DNA of 64,000 bases, taken from the NCBI GenBank assembly GCA_963785725.1, contig CAWAWS010000026.1, positions 192,001 to 256,000 on the forward strand. The letters are read 5' to 3'. A model generated the notes under the pieces. The model did not search any database. It was given only the letters and a program-made list of their open reading frames with translations, and had not been told where the DNA came from. Position numbers and translations under genes: made by a program. Of the stretch, positions 48,760 through 57,410 are shown in pieces. Within the stretch, counting starts at the first letter, position 1, and each line of letters begins with the position of its first letter. The stretch comes from an uncultured delta proteobacterium. GTDB lineage: Bacteria; Myxococcota_A; Polyangia; Palsa-1104.

Positions 48760-50178
48760 ATGGCGATCGAAGACTACGATCTCGTCATCCTCGGCAGCGG
48801 CGAAGGCTCGAAGTTCCTCGCCTGGGCGCAGGCCAAGAAAGGTCAGCGCGTCGCCGTGGTCGAGCGCAAGTACATCGGCGGGTCCTGTCCGAACATCGCG
48901 TGTCTACCGAGCAAGAGCGTCATCCACGCCGCCAAGGTGGTCTCGTACGTGCGGCGTGGCGTCGAGTTCGGCGTGCCGACGGGAATAGTGACCGTCGACA
49001 TGAAGGCGGTGCGCGAGCGCAAGCGCAAGATGGTGAGCGAGCTCGTCGCCATCCACCTCGAGAACTTCCGCAACAGCGGCGCCGAGCTGGTCATGGGCAG
49101 CGGGCGATTCGTCGGGCCGCGGACGCTGCAGGTGACGCTCAATGGCGGCGGCACGCGCCAGCTGCGCGGCGCCAACGTCGTCATCGGCACCGGCACCCAC
49201 GCCACCATCGGCGACATCCCCGGGCTGGCCGACGCGCGCCCGCTCACGCACATCGAGGCGCTCGAGCTGGACGTCGTGCCCGACCATTTGATCGTCCTCG
49301 GCGGTGGGTACGTCGGCCTCGAGCTGGCGCAGGCGATGCGGCGGCTCGGCAGTCGCGTCACCGTGATCGAGGCCAACGAGCGCTTGGTGGCGCGCGAGGA
49401 CGGGGACGTGCAAGAGGGGCTGCGCGCGCTCATGACCGACGAAGGCATCGACGTCGTCCTCGGCGCCAAGGTCACCGCCGTATCCGGGCAGTCGGGGACG
49501 TCGGTGCAGGTCCGGCTCGCGCAGGCGGGGACGAGCGCGGTGCCCGCCGTCATCGCGGGCACGCACCTGCTGGCGGCGACCGGGCGCACGCCGAACACGG
49601 TCGGCATCGGCCTCGACGTCGCCGGCGTCGAGCTGACGGAGCGCGGCTACGTCAAAGTGAACGAGAAGCTGCAGACGACGGCGCCGGGCGTGTGGGCGAT
49701 CGGCGAGTCGGCCGGCAGCCCGCAGTTCACGCACATCGGCTACGACGACTACCGCGTCATCCTCGCCCAGCTGTCCGGCGGCGAGCGGGTCACCACCGGC
49801 CGCTTGGTCCCCTACTGCTTGTTCACCGATCCCGAGCTCGCGCGCGTCGGGCTGAGCGAGAACGAGGCGCGCGCCGCCGGCCTCGCCTATCGCCTCTTCC
49901 GCATCCCGATGGCGGCCGATCTGCGGACGCGCACGCTCTCCGAGACGCGCGGGTTCATGAAGGCGCTCGTCGCCGAAGGCAGCGATCGCATCCTCGGGTT
50001 CACCGTCTTCGGCGTCGATGCCGGCGAGATCATGTCGGCGGTGCAGCTGGCGATGCTGGGCGGCTTGCCCTATACGGCCGTGCGCGACGCCATCATGACG
50101 CACCCGACGCTGATGGAGGGCCTGGTCGTGCTCTTCTCGTCGGCGCCGCGGGCCATCGCGGCGGGAGCGCGCTCGTGA
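48760..50178 (+). CDS. Class I pyridine nucleotide-disulfide oxidoreductase (RclA/MerA-core/Lpd-like)
   Basis: ILGSGEG, GGSCPNIACLPSK, GGGYVGLE, ATGRTPN, FTDPELA, HPTLME. No C-terminal CC pair of true MerA. Confidence 0.92.
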   Translation: MAIEDYDLVILGSGEGSKFLAWAQAKKGQRVAVVERKYIGGSCPNIACLPSKSVIHAAKVVSYVRRGVEFGVPTGIVTVDMKAVRERKRKMVSELVAIHLENFRNSGAELVMGSGRFVGPRTLQVTLNGGGTRQLRGANVVIGTGTHATIGDIPGLADARPLTHIEALELDVVPDHLIVLGGGYVGLELAQAMRRLGSRVTVIEANERLVAREDGDVQEGLRALMTDEGIDVVLGAKVTAVSGQSGTSVQVRLAQAGTSAVPAVIAGTHLLAATGRTPNTVGIGLDVAGVELTERGYVKVNEKLQTTAPGVWAIGESAGSPQFTHIGYDDYRVILAQLSGGERVTTGRLVPYCLFTDPELARVGLSENEARAAGLAYRLFRIPMAADLRTRTLSETRGFMKALVAEGSDRILGFTVFGVDAGEIMSAVQLAMLGGLPYTAVRDAIMTHPTLMEGLVVLFSSAPRAIAAGARS

Positions 50179-50771
50179 AGAGGGTCGCCGACGTCATTCC
50201 CGGTTACGCCTACGGAAGCGCCACGCTCACGACGTCGCCGGTCTCGCTGGAGGAGCTCGCGCAGCTCGAGATCACGGTCGGGCTGACCGCCGAGGAGGAA
50301 CGCTATCTGCGCCTCGCGGGCGAAGTGCTCACCGGGCAGACGCGGCCGATCGTCCTGCACTGGCGCAGCCAGATCATCGCGCAGATTCCGCACCTGGCGC
50401 GGCACTCACGCGCGCTCGACGGCAGCCCGCTGCCGGACTACCTCGCCGCCAGCAATTTGCGCTTCGAGCAGTGGATCCTCGATACGTGTCTGCGGCCCTA
50501 CGACCGCCAGTGGCTCGACTACCAGCACGAGATCGCGCTCCGACACACGAGCGCGAAGAAGAACCGCACCGATGGCGCGCCCTCGACGCCGTTCGTGCCG
50601 CTGCGCGACGTGCTGGGCTTCGTCGCCGTGCTCAACGATACGATTCGCCCCTATCTCGCGGCCAAAGGGCACGGGCCCGTCGAGGTCGAAGGCATGCATC
50701 GCGCCTGGTGCCGCTCGATTCAGCTGCAGGTGGCCTTGTGGGCCAAGTCGTATGCGGCCGGCGAGTGGTAG
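50175..50771 (+). CDS. Protoglobin
   Basis: IPGYAYG N-terminal loop, SPVSLEEL, RFEQWILDTC.RPYD.QWLDYQ.EIALRH (proximal His), KKNRTD, LQVALW. GTGA overlap with the reductase. Confidence 0.9.
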   Translation: MKRVADVIPGYAYGSATLTTSPVSLEELAQLEITVGLTAEEERYLRLAGEVLTGQTRPIVLHWRSQIIAQIPHLARHSRALDGSPLPDYLAASNLRFEQWILDTCLRPYDRQWLDYQHEIALRHTSAKKNRTDGAPSTPFVPLRDVLGFVAVLNDTIRPYLAAKGHGPVEVEGMHRAWCRSIQLQVALWAKSYAAGEW

Positions 50772-50825
50772 CCGCCGCTGATAAGCTGTCGGTCTCGCGA
50801 CGCCTGCAAACGAAGATGGAGCGCC

Positions 50826-51682
50826 ATGTCTGAGCCGCTGAAGGCAGCCGAGGATACCGCCGTGCGCGTGGCCTTGTGGCGCGCCTTGCACGTCGAAGAT
50901 CGATCCGCCGCCGCATGTGTTCGAAGACCGCGTCGGCCTCGCGCTCGCCGCGCCCGACGACGGCTGGCGCAGCCGGCCGGACATGAGCCCGTTCACGCGG
51001 CCCTTCCGCGCGTCGATCTTGGCGCGCGCGCGCTTCATCGAGGATCTCGTCGCGGCCGCAGCCGCGCGTGGCGTCGGGCAGTACGTCATCCTCGGCGCGG
51101 GCCTGGACACGTTCGCGCAGCGTCGGCCGGAGCTCGCCTCGCGCCTGGTCGTGTTCGAGGTCGATCGGCCGGGCCCGCAAGCGTGGAAGCGCGAGCGGCT
51201 CGTCGAGCTCGGCTTCGGCATCCCGTCGTCTCTGCGGCTCGTGCCCGTCGACTTCGAGGCCGGCGACGCGTGGTGGGAGCGGCTGGCCGACGCCGGACTT
51301 CGACGCGCGGCGGCCGGCGATCGTCGCCTCCACCGGCGTCAGCATGTACCTGACGAAGGACGCGATCGCGGCCACGCTGCGCCAGGTCGCCGCGCTGGCG
51401 CCGGGCTCGACGTTCGCCATGTCGTTCATGCTGCCGATCGAGCTGGCCGACCCCGAGGTGCGTCCCGCCATCGAGCGAGCGGCGCAAGGCGCGCGCGCCA
51501 ACGGCACGCCCTTCATCAGCTTCTTCATGCCGGCCGAGCTGCTGGCGCTGGCCCGGCAAGCCGGCTTTCGCGACGTCCGGCACGTGTCGGCCGCCGCGCT
51601 CGCCGAGCGCTATTTCGCGGGCCGGACGGATGGTCTGCGTCCGCCGAGCAACTCGGAGGAGCTGCTGATCGCGACGACGTGA
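50826..51682 (+). pseudogene. Class I SAM-dependent methyltransferase (LCM-like) with two apparent 1-bp insertions (~50897, ~51297)
   Basis: TAVRVALWRALH, ARARFIED..QYVILGAGLDT..FEVD and STGVSMYL..PFISFF lie in three successive frames. Confidence 0.85.
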
Positions 51683-51771
51683 TCGACCGCGCTCATTCGT
51701 CCCGTGCTCGCGCGCGCCGGTCCGTGCGCTGCGTCGACGACCGCGGCGCCGTGCGCGCTCATACTGCACGC

Positions 51772-52611
51772 ATGCGAACGCTTTCGTGGTTGCTGCTCTC
51801 GTGCCTTTCGCTGCCGGCGCAGGCGGGCGAGCCGGCGCCGCCGGCAAACGGCGCGGCGACGACGAGCGCAGCGCCGGCGCCGGTCGAGCTCTTCCTGCCC
51901 GGCAAGGCGGGCAAGCTGCAAGCGTGGCTGTGGCGGCCGACCGGCCCCGGCCCGTTCCCGGTCGTCGTCTACAACCACGGCAGCGAGCGCGATCCCATCG
52001 CCGGCACGCGCGCCGCTATCGGCCCCTTCTTCGTGCAGCACGGCTTCGCGGTGCTCTTTCCCACGCGGCGCGGCGCGGGCAAATCGGAGGGCACGTTCTG
52101 GCAAGACGCCGTCGACAAGCTGCCGAAGGACGAAAAAGAGCGCGCGACGATTGCGCAGCTCCTTCTCGGCAACGACGACATCGTCTCGGCCATCGAATGG
52201 ACGCGGACGCAGCCGTGGGCGCAGCGCGATCAGATCAACGTCGCCGGCTGCAGCTTCGGCGGGATCGAGACGCTGTTCACGGCCGAGCGCGCCATCCCCG
52301 GCCTGCACGCGGCGGTCGACTTCGCGGGCGCCTCGATGGCGTGGGCGAGCAGCCCGACGCTGCGCGAGCGGCTCGTCAAGGCCGCGCAGTCGGCCAGGGT
52401 GCCGGTCTTCTTCGCGCAGGCGCAGAACGACTTCAACACCGCGCCCAGCACCATCCTGTCGGCGGCGATGCGGACCAAGAAGATGCCCTACGGCGTGCAC
52501 ATCTATCCGCCCTTCGGCACGACGCCGATGCAAGGACACGCGGGATTCTGCTTGCGCGGCACCGACGTCTGGGGCGCCGACGTCCTCCAATTCCTACGCG
52601 ATCGTCATTGA
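51772..52611 (+). CDS. Exported dienelactone hydrolase-like alpha/beta hydrolase
   Basis: Signal peptide; GPGPFPVVVYNHGS, RRG.G.S.G, GCSFGG, QAQND, GH. Confidence 0.85.
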   Translation: MRTLSWLLLSCLSLPAQAGEPAPPANGAATTSAAPAPVELFLPGKAGKLQAWLWRPTGPGPFPVVVYNHGSERDPIAGTRAAIGPFFVQHGFAVLFPTRRGAGKSEGTFWQDAVDKLPKDEKERATIAQLLLGNDDIVSAIEWTRTQPWAQRDQINVAGCSFGGIETLFTAERAIPGLHAAVDFAGASMAWASSPTLRERLVKAAQSARVPVFFAQAQNDFNTAPSTILSAAMRTKKMPYGVHIYPPFGTTPMQGHAGFCLRGTDVWGADVLQFLRDRH

Positions 52612-52854
52612 GCGCGCTTTAGCGCCGGCAGCGGTGCGCGTCGACGCTCCGGCCGCGCCGGCGACCAAGCGCGCCTCGTATTGCATGCCGCGAGCCTAGA
52701 GCAGGAGCATCCATCGCGTGTGCGAGCGCGCACTCCACTCGGCGATCGTGTCGCTGCGTGAGCAGACGGCCGAGCGCGTGCGCCCATTGGTGGTGACCGC
52801 CAACACCGCGATGGTTACGCAGCGACCTCGCGCCGACTTCGCGCGCGTCCGACG

Positions 52855-53253
52855 TCAGCCGCGAACGGCGGCGCGCAACAGCGTCTCCAGCTTCTTTATG
52901 TCGACGTCGGTGAGCCGCTTGACGTAGACGCAGCCTTTGCCGGTCGTCGTCTTGCCGAGCGCGGCGATGGCGTCACCCTGCTCGGCCACATTCAGCCCGT
53001 AAATCGTCAACGCTTGCGCGCGGGCGGCGAACCCGATGCGGCAGATTTCGCCCTCGCGTCCGCTGTCGTAGCGATAGCTGCGCACGCCGAAGCCGACGAT
53101 GCTCGGTCCCCACATGCGCGCCACTTCGCCGGAGACGCGCGTCATGATCGCGCGCAGCGTCTCGCAGTCCTGTCGCTTCGCCGCCGGCGTCACCTTCGCC
53201 AAGAACGCATCCACCGAGCGCGTCGTCTGCTGCGTCTTGTTCGCCGTCGCCAT
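52855..53253 (-). CDS. DUF1801 domain protein
   Basis: NKT..T..SV..FL, MWGPSIVGFG..YRYDSGREG, LGK.TTGKGCVYVKRL.D. Confidence 0.9.
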   Translation of the reverse strand: MATANKTQQTTRSVDAFLAKVTPAAKRQDCETLRAIMTRVSGEVARMWGPSIVGFGVRSYRYDSGREGEICRIGFAARAQALTIYGLNVAEQGDAIAALGKTTTGKGCVYVKRLTDVDIKKLETLLRAAVRG

Positions 53254-53283
53254 GTGGCTGCGATTGTAGCCGACCCGTGCCGC

Positions 53284-53904
53284 TCAGTAGCAAGAGGAGC
53301 CTCTATACGTCGTGTGGCAGACCAGCGGCGGACCGGTCCGTCCCGGCACCGGCGCGTGCGTCCCGTAGCGCTCGCCGACGATCGTCATGACGACGAAGAA
53401 GGTCGTCAGCAGCGCCAACCCAGCGCCGATGACGCGCACGGCGCGGTCGGCTTCGCTGTGCTCGAGCGCGCGTGGCTCGTCGTGCGGCGCGTAGGGTCGA
53501 CCCTGCTTTTGGTGGCGCGCGGCCGCTTTGGCGGCGCGATGCGCCTCTTGTCGCAGCGCGCGTCGCGTCGCCGCTGCGTTGGCGCGCGCTTCGATCGCGG
53601 CCGCGGTCGCCGCCTCTGCCGTCGCGCGCGCGTGCTCCGCCGCTTGCGCCGCCGTTTCGCGATACGCGGCCGCTTCGGCGTCGGCCTGCGCGGCGGCCAC
53701 GAGCGCCGCCGCGCGATCGTGCTGCAGCGACGTCACGCACAGCTCGCCCGTCAGCGCGCCGTCCGGCGCGAGCAGCGACCGCTCGCGCAGCGCGATGCCC
53801 TCGTCCTCGAGCAGCTCGCGCACGAACGTCAGCTCGACGCCGACGTACTGGCCGAGCCGCGTCCACTCCGGCACATCACCCTGCTCGTCCTGTCGCGGAA
53901 ACAT
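53284..53904 (-). CDS. Hypothetical membrane protein
   Basis: ATG with GGAGG RBS; short alpha/beta N-terminus, Ala-rich coil, TM helix, C-terminal Cys pair. Confidence 0.55.
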   Translation of the reverse strand: MFPRQDEQGDVPEWTRLGQYVGVELTFVRELLEDEGIALRERSLLAPDGALTGELCVTSLQHDRAAALVAAAQADAEAAAYRETAAQAAEHARATAEAATAAAIEARANAAATRRALRQEAHRAAKAAARHQKQGRPYAPHDEPRALEHSEADRAVRVIGAGLALLTTFFVVMTIVGERYGTHAPVPGRTGPPLVCHTTYRGSSCY

Positions 53905-54177
53905 GGCCGCCTCCTGCACGCGATGGCGTAGCGACCTGCATACGATAGAACGACGCGCCGGGCTCATCCATGCCCGGTCCGCGTGACGCCGATCATGCAG
54001 CCGATTCCCGACGGAGATCGCCTGCTTCCGATGCGCTCGCGGACGCACCCACAGTCGGTTCACCTAGTGCAACACGCCGTCCGCTCGCCGCTGCCTTCGA
54101 CGACCGAATCCGCGCGCACGCCCAACGATCCGATTGGGCGATTGGGCGATCGCGCGCCGGCGTCCGCGTCGATCATG

Positions 54178-54687
54178 TCATTGCGCGCGCCAATCGCGGT
54201 GGGCCAGGTGCGCCGGTTGCGGCGGCGACTGCCGCTCGTGCTCGGCCATGCGCTCGGCCAGCCATTGGAACCATTCCCAGACGGTGGCGCGATCCATCGT
54301 CACGCGATCTTCGGCGACGAAGCGCTGCAGCTTGCGCCACGAGATCAAGATCGCGCCGCTGAAGAAGTCGTCCATGAGATCGATCGTCATTTCGCGGCGA
54401 AAGACGAGCACGCCGAGGCTCTCCCACGTGAGGCCAATCTGAAAGACCTCGTCTTCGCCGTCGGGGCCGAGCAGCTCGCGGATCTGCTGCGCCGTGGCGC
54501 CGTCGGGCAGCGAGTTGATGCGACGCAGGCCGCGCGTGAAGGACGCGCTCTGGAACGAACGCACCAGCTCGAGCATGGCGTCGCGGCGGCGTTGGCGGCG
54601 ATAGTCGCGGATTTGCGCGGCGGCGAACAGGACGCCCGCGGTCACGGCGACGGCGTTGACGAGGTTGGCGAAGCTGGCGAAGTCCAT
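54178..54687 (-). CDS. DUF4760-like membrane-anchored protein
   Basis: N-terminal TM then QIR..RRQR; WESLGVLV...IDLMDDFF; WEWFQWLAERM. Confidence 0.75.
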   Translation of the reverse strand: MDFASFANLVNAVAVTAGVLFAAAQIRDYRRQRRRDAMLELVRSFQSASFTRGLRRINSLPDGATAQQIRELLGPDGEDEVFQIGLTWESLGVLVFRREMTIDLMDDFFSGAILISWRKLQRFVAEDRVTMDRATVWEWFQWLAERMAEHERQSPPQPAHLAHRDWRAQ

Positions 54688-54780
54688 GCGTCCGATGGGA
54701 ACCCGGCGCGCGACCGCCCGCAAGCGCGACGAGCAATGATGATGATCGTCATCGAAGTCCATTGGCTTAACATCGTCGCC

Positions 54781-55674
54781 GTGACAGTCATCTTTTGCTG
54801 CGATCCGATCACGCCGTCGCGCGTCGATGAAGCGTTCGAGCGCGAGGCAACGGCCGCGCGCTCGGTCGGGCTCGCCTATGCGCTCATCGATTACGAGCGG
54901 CTCGTCGCCGGTGACGCCGACGATGCCGTGCGTCGCGTCGCCGCGTCGGCTGACGGCGTCGCCGTCTATCGCGGCTGGATGTTGACCGTCGTGCAATACG
55001 CGGCGCTGTTCGCGGCGTTGCGTCAGCGTGGCGTGCAGCTCGTGAACGATCCGGCGCAATATCAGTACGCGCACTGGTTTCCCGAGAGCTATCCCGCGCT
55101 CGCCGCGGTGACGCCGCAGTCGATCTGCATTCCGTCGGACGAGCTCGACTGGACGCGCTTGCCCGAGCGCTTGTCGCCGTTCGGCGCGCAGCCGCTGGTC
55201 GTCAAAGACTGGGTCAAGTCGCGCAAGCACGAATGGGACGAGGCCTGCTTCATTCCGTCGGCGCGCGATGGCGCGGCGGTCGAGCGCGTGGCGCGGCGGT
55301 TCGTCGCGCTGCAGGGCGCGGATTTGGTGGGCGGTCTCGTGTTTCGCGCCTTCGAGTCGTTCGCGCCGCTCGGCCGGCACGCCCAGAGCGGGATGCCGGT
55401 CACCAAAGAGCTGCGCCTCTTCTTCCTCGACGGTGCGCTGCTGTTTTCGGCGCACTATTGGGACGATCAGGATTATGGCGCGCTCGCCGCGCCCCCGGCG
55501 TTCGCGGCGCTGGCGCGGCAGCTGCGCAGCCGCTTCTTCACGCTCGATGTCGCGCTGCGCGCGGACGGCGTGTGGCGCGTCGTCGAGATGGGCGACGGCC
55601 AAGTGTCGGGGCTGCCGGAGAACGCCGCGGCGGAGGCGTTTTACGGCGCGCTCGCCTGCCATTTCGCGGCGTGA
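54781..55674 (+). CDS. ATP-grasp domain protein (R2K/DUF4343-like)
   Basis: AVYRGWML, VKDWVKSRKHEW.EAC.IP, GGLV.R.FE, E.R.F, FFT.DVA...DG.W.VVE.GDGQVSG. Confidence 0.85.
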   Translation: MTVIFCCDPITPSRVDEAFEREATAARSVGLAYALIDYERLVAGDADDAVRRVAASADGVAVYRGWMLTVVQYAALFAALRQRGVQLVNDPAQYQYAHWFPESYPALAAVTPQSICIPSDELDWTRLPERLSPFGAQPLVVKDWVKSRKHEWDEACFIPSARDGAAVERVARRFVALQGADLVGGLVFRAFESFAPLGRHAQSGMPVTKELRLFFLDGALLFSAHYWDDQDYGALAAPPAFAALARQLRSRFFTLDVALRADGVWRVVEMGDGQVSGLPENAAAEAFYGALACHFAA

Positions 55675-55896
55675 CCGCGGCCGATCGGCACCGCGAGCCC
55701 ACGACGGCGAGGGCGTGGTGACGCTGAGGCTCCTGCCGGCAAGACGCTGACGATGGATTATCACGACCAGTCGCAGGTGACGACCGGCGAGCGGCAATAC
55801 GCGTGCACGCGCTGACGCCCCTGTCAGCGCGCGTCGTCAGCCGCCGATAGCGCCCTCAAGAACGACGGGAAGCGGCCGAACCAGCCAGCACCACCG

Positions 55897-56541
55897 ATGC
55901 GCGCCTGGCTGCAAATGACGATGGCTCTAGGGTTTGTGCTCGGCTCGGCGCTCGCGCATGCAAACCCGCGGGCGCCGCAGCTGTGGCTGTACAACGTACA
56001 CACGCATCAGGAGCTGCAGAGCAACCCGTACGCCTACAACGGCGTGCTCGATTGGAACGCCTGGGCTGAGCTGAACCGCTTTTTTCGCAGCTGGCGCACG
56101 CACGAAGCGCATCCGATGGCGCCACGGCTGCTCGAGCTGCTGGTGAAGATTCAAGCGACGTATGGCGGTCGGCGCGTCGAGATCGTGAGCGGCTTTCGCA
56201 GCCCGGGCGAGCGCGACAGCTTGTCGCAGTCCAACCACTTCGAAGGCGACGCCGTCGACATTCGCATCCCCGGCGTCAGCAATCGCGAGCTGTTCGAGCT
56301 CTGCCGCCGCCTGCCCGACGTCGGCTGCGGGCTGTATCCGAACGGCGCCCACGTCCACGTCGACGTCCGTTCACGCTCGGCCATCTGGGTCGACTTGAGC
56401 GGCTACGGCGACGGCGCGCGCTATGTCGCCGATCCCGAGGCGTGGCTGCGCGGCCATCCCGACGCCGCGAGCGCGGTCGTGCGGACCATGGCGACGACGT
56501 CCGCGTCGTCGCGCCACGCGCGCCGGCCGCGCCGTCGCTGA
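55897..56541 (+). CDS. YcbK/DUF882 family peptidase M15 (MepK-like)
   Basis: Signal peptide; LYNVHT.E, IVSGFRSP, S.H..G.AVDI, VG.G.YP...VHVDVR. Confidence 0.88.
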   Translation: MRAWLQMTMALGFVLGSALAHANPRAPQLWLYNVHTHQELQSNPYAYNGVLDWNAWAELNRFFRSWRTHEAHPMAPRLLELLVKIQATYGGRRVEIVSGFRSPGERDSLSQSNHFEGDAVDIRIPGVSNRELFELCRRLPDVGCGLYPNGAHVHVDVRSRSAIWVDLSGYGDGARYVADPEAWLRGHPDAASAVVRTMATTSASSRHARRPRRR

Positions 56542-56819
56542 CGCGTCCAGTCGAACGCCTTCGTTCAATGATGATGGCCGTCATCGTCGCTTCGTGGAAG
56601 GCCGCGAGCCCGCCGTGAGGCCGTGAAATGCGTAGGAGTTTGGCGGGCGAGGACGGGCGGCCGTGACGTGGCGCACCGGCCGTCGCTTTGCCGGACAGGC
56701 GTACCGATTCGTGACAGTCGGGCGCGCCGCCGCGAGCGCCAAGTCGGCGGCGTGACGCGCGCTGACGTCGGCATCGTCTCTGCACTGCTCGGCGTCAAAC
56801 GAACCGAAAGGATCCGCCG

Positions 56820-57371
56820 ATGCGCGCTCTCCTCATGCCGTTGCTGGCCGCTTTCGTGCTCTCCGGTTGCGCCACCACGATCAACGTCGCCGAGTCGGAC
56901 CCGCGGCCCAACACGCCGTTTACGACGGTCGCGCCACAGTCGCTCGCGCTCATCCTCGACCCGAGCATCCTCGACGCGCAGACGGTGCAGGGCGATCGGG
57001 CCTACGACACGACGCTGACGGCCTGGCGGCGCACGCTCATCAATGGCTACCGCAACGGCCTCGGCGTCTACTTCAGCCCGGTTCAGCCGGGACAGCCGGC
57101 CGACCTGGCGCTCGACATCGTGAAGGCCGATGTCGCCTGGACGCCGCGCGGCTCGCGACTGACGGTGCAGATCACGTACAAGGCGCAGCTCATCGATCGC
57201 AATGGCAAGACGGTGGCGGTGGCGGCGAACACGGTCACGGCCAAGCACGCGCTGACGAGCGACGACGGCGCCGAGGCGGACTGCGTGAATTCCGCTGTCG
57301 AGAGCCTGTACGAGGACCTCGCCAACACGCTCGTGCGCCCGGCCGTGCCCGCGAACGGCACGCAAGGCTGA
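56820..57371 (+). CDS. Hypothetical lipoprotein
   Basis: Lipobox LSG-C; protein-like composition. Confidence 0.72.
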   Translation: MRALLMPLLAAFVLSGCATTINVAESDPRPNTPFTTVAPQSLALILDPSILDAQTVQGDRAYDTTLTAWRRTLINGYRNGLGVYFSPVQPGQPADLALDIVKADVAWTPRGSRLTVQITYKAQLIDRNGKTVAVAANTVTAKHALTSDDGAEADCVNSAVESLYEDLANTLVRPAVPANGTQG

Positions 57372-57410
57372 TCCCCCAATACTGAAGTGACTGCTTCAGC
57401 GTTGCCGCGC

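Noticed and set aside
48760..50178. Mercuric reductase (merA) call
   Set aside because: No C-terminal Cys-Cys pair, no NmerA domain and no mer operon genes.
48714..50771. 685-aa ORF suggesting a long protoglobin fusion
   Set aside because: Its N-terminal part is an off-frame shadow of the reductase; the globin starts at GTG 50175.
50917..52611. 564-aa methyltransferase-hydrolase fusion
   Set aside because: Produced by the methyltransferase frameshift; the hydrolase has its own ATG and signal peptide at 51772.
54781..55674. ATP-grasp gene as a RiPP or peptide-ligase cluster
   Set aside because: No adjacent precursor peptide or tailoring genes are recognisable.
55808..55831. Hairpin CGCGCTGAC-gcccct-GTCAGCGCG
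   Set aside because: Single GC-rich stem without a U-tract or a second copy; not enough to call.
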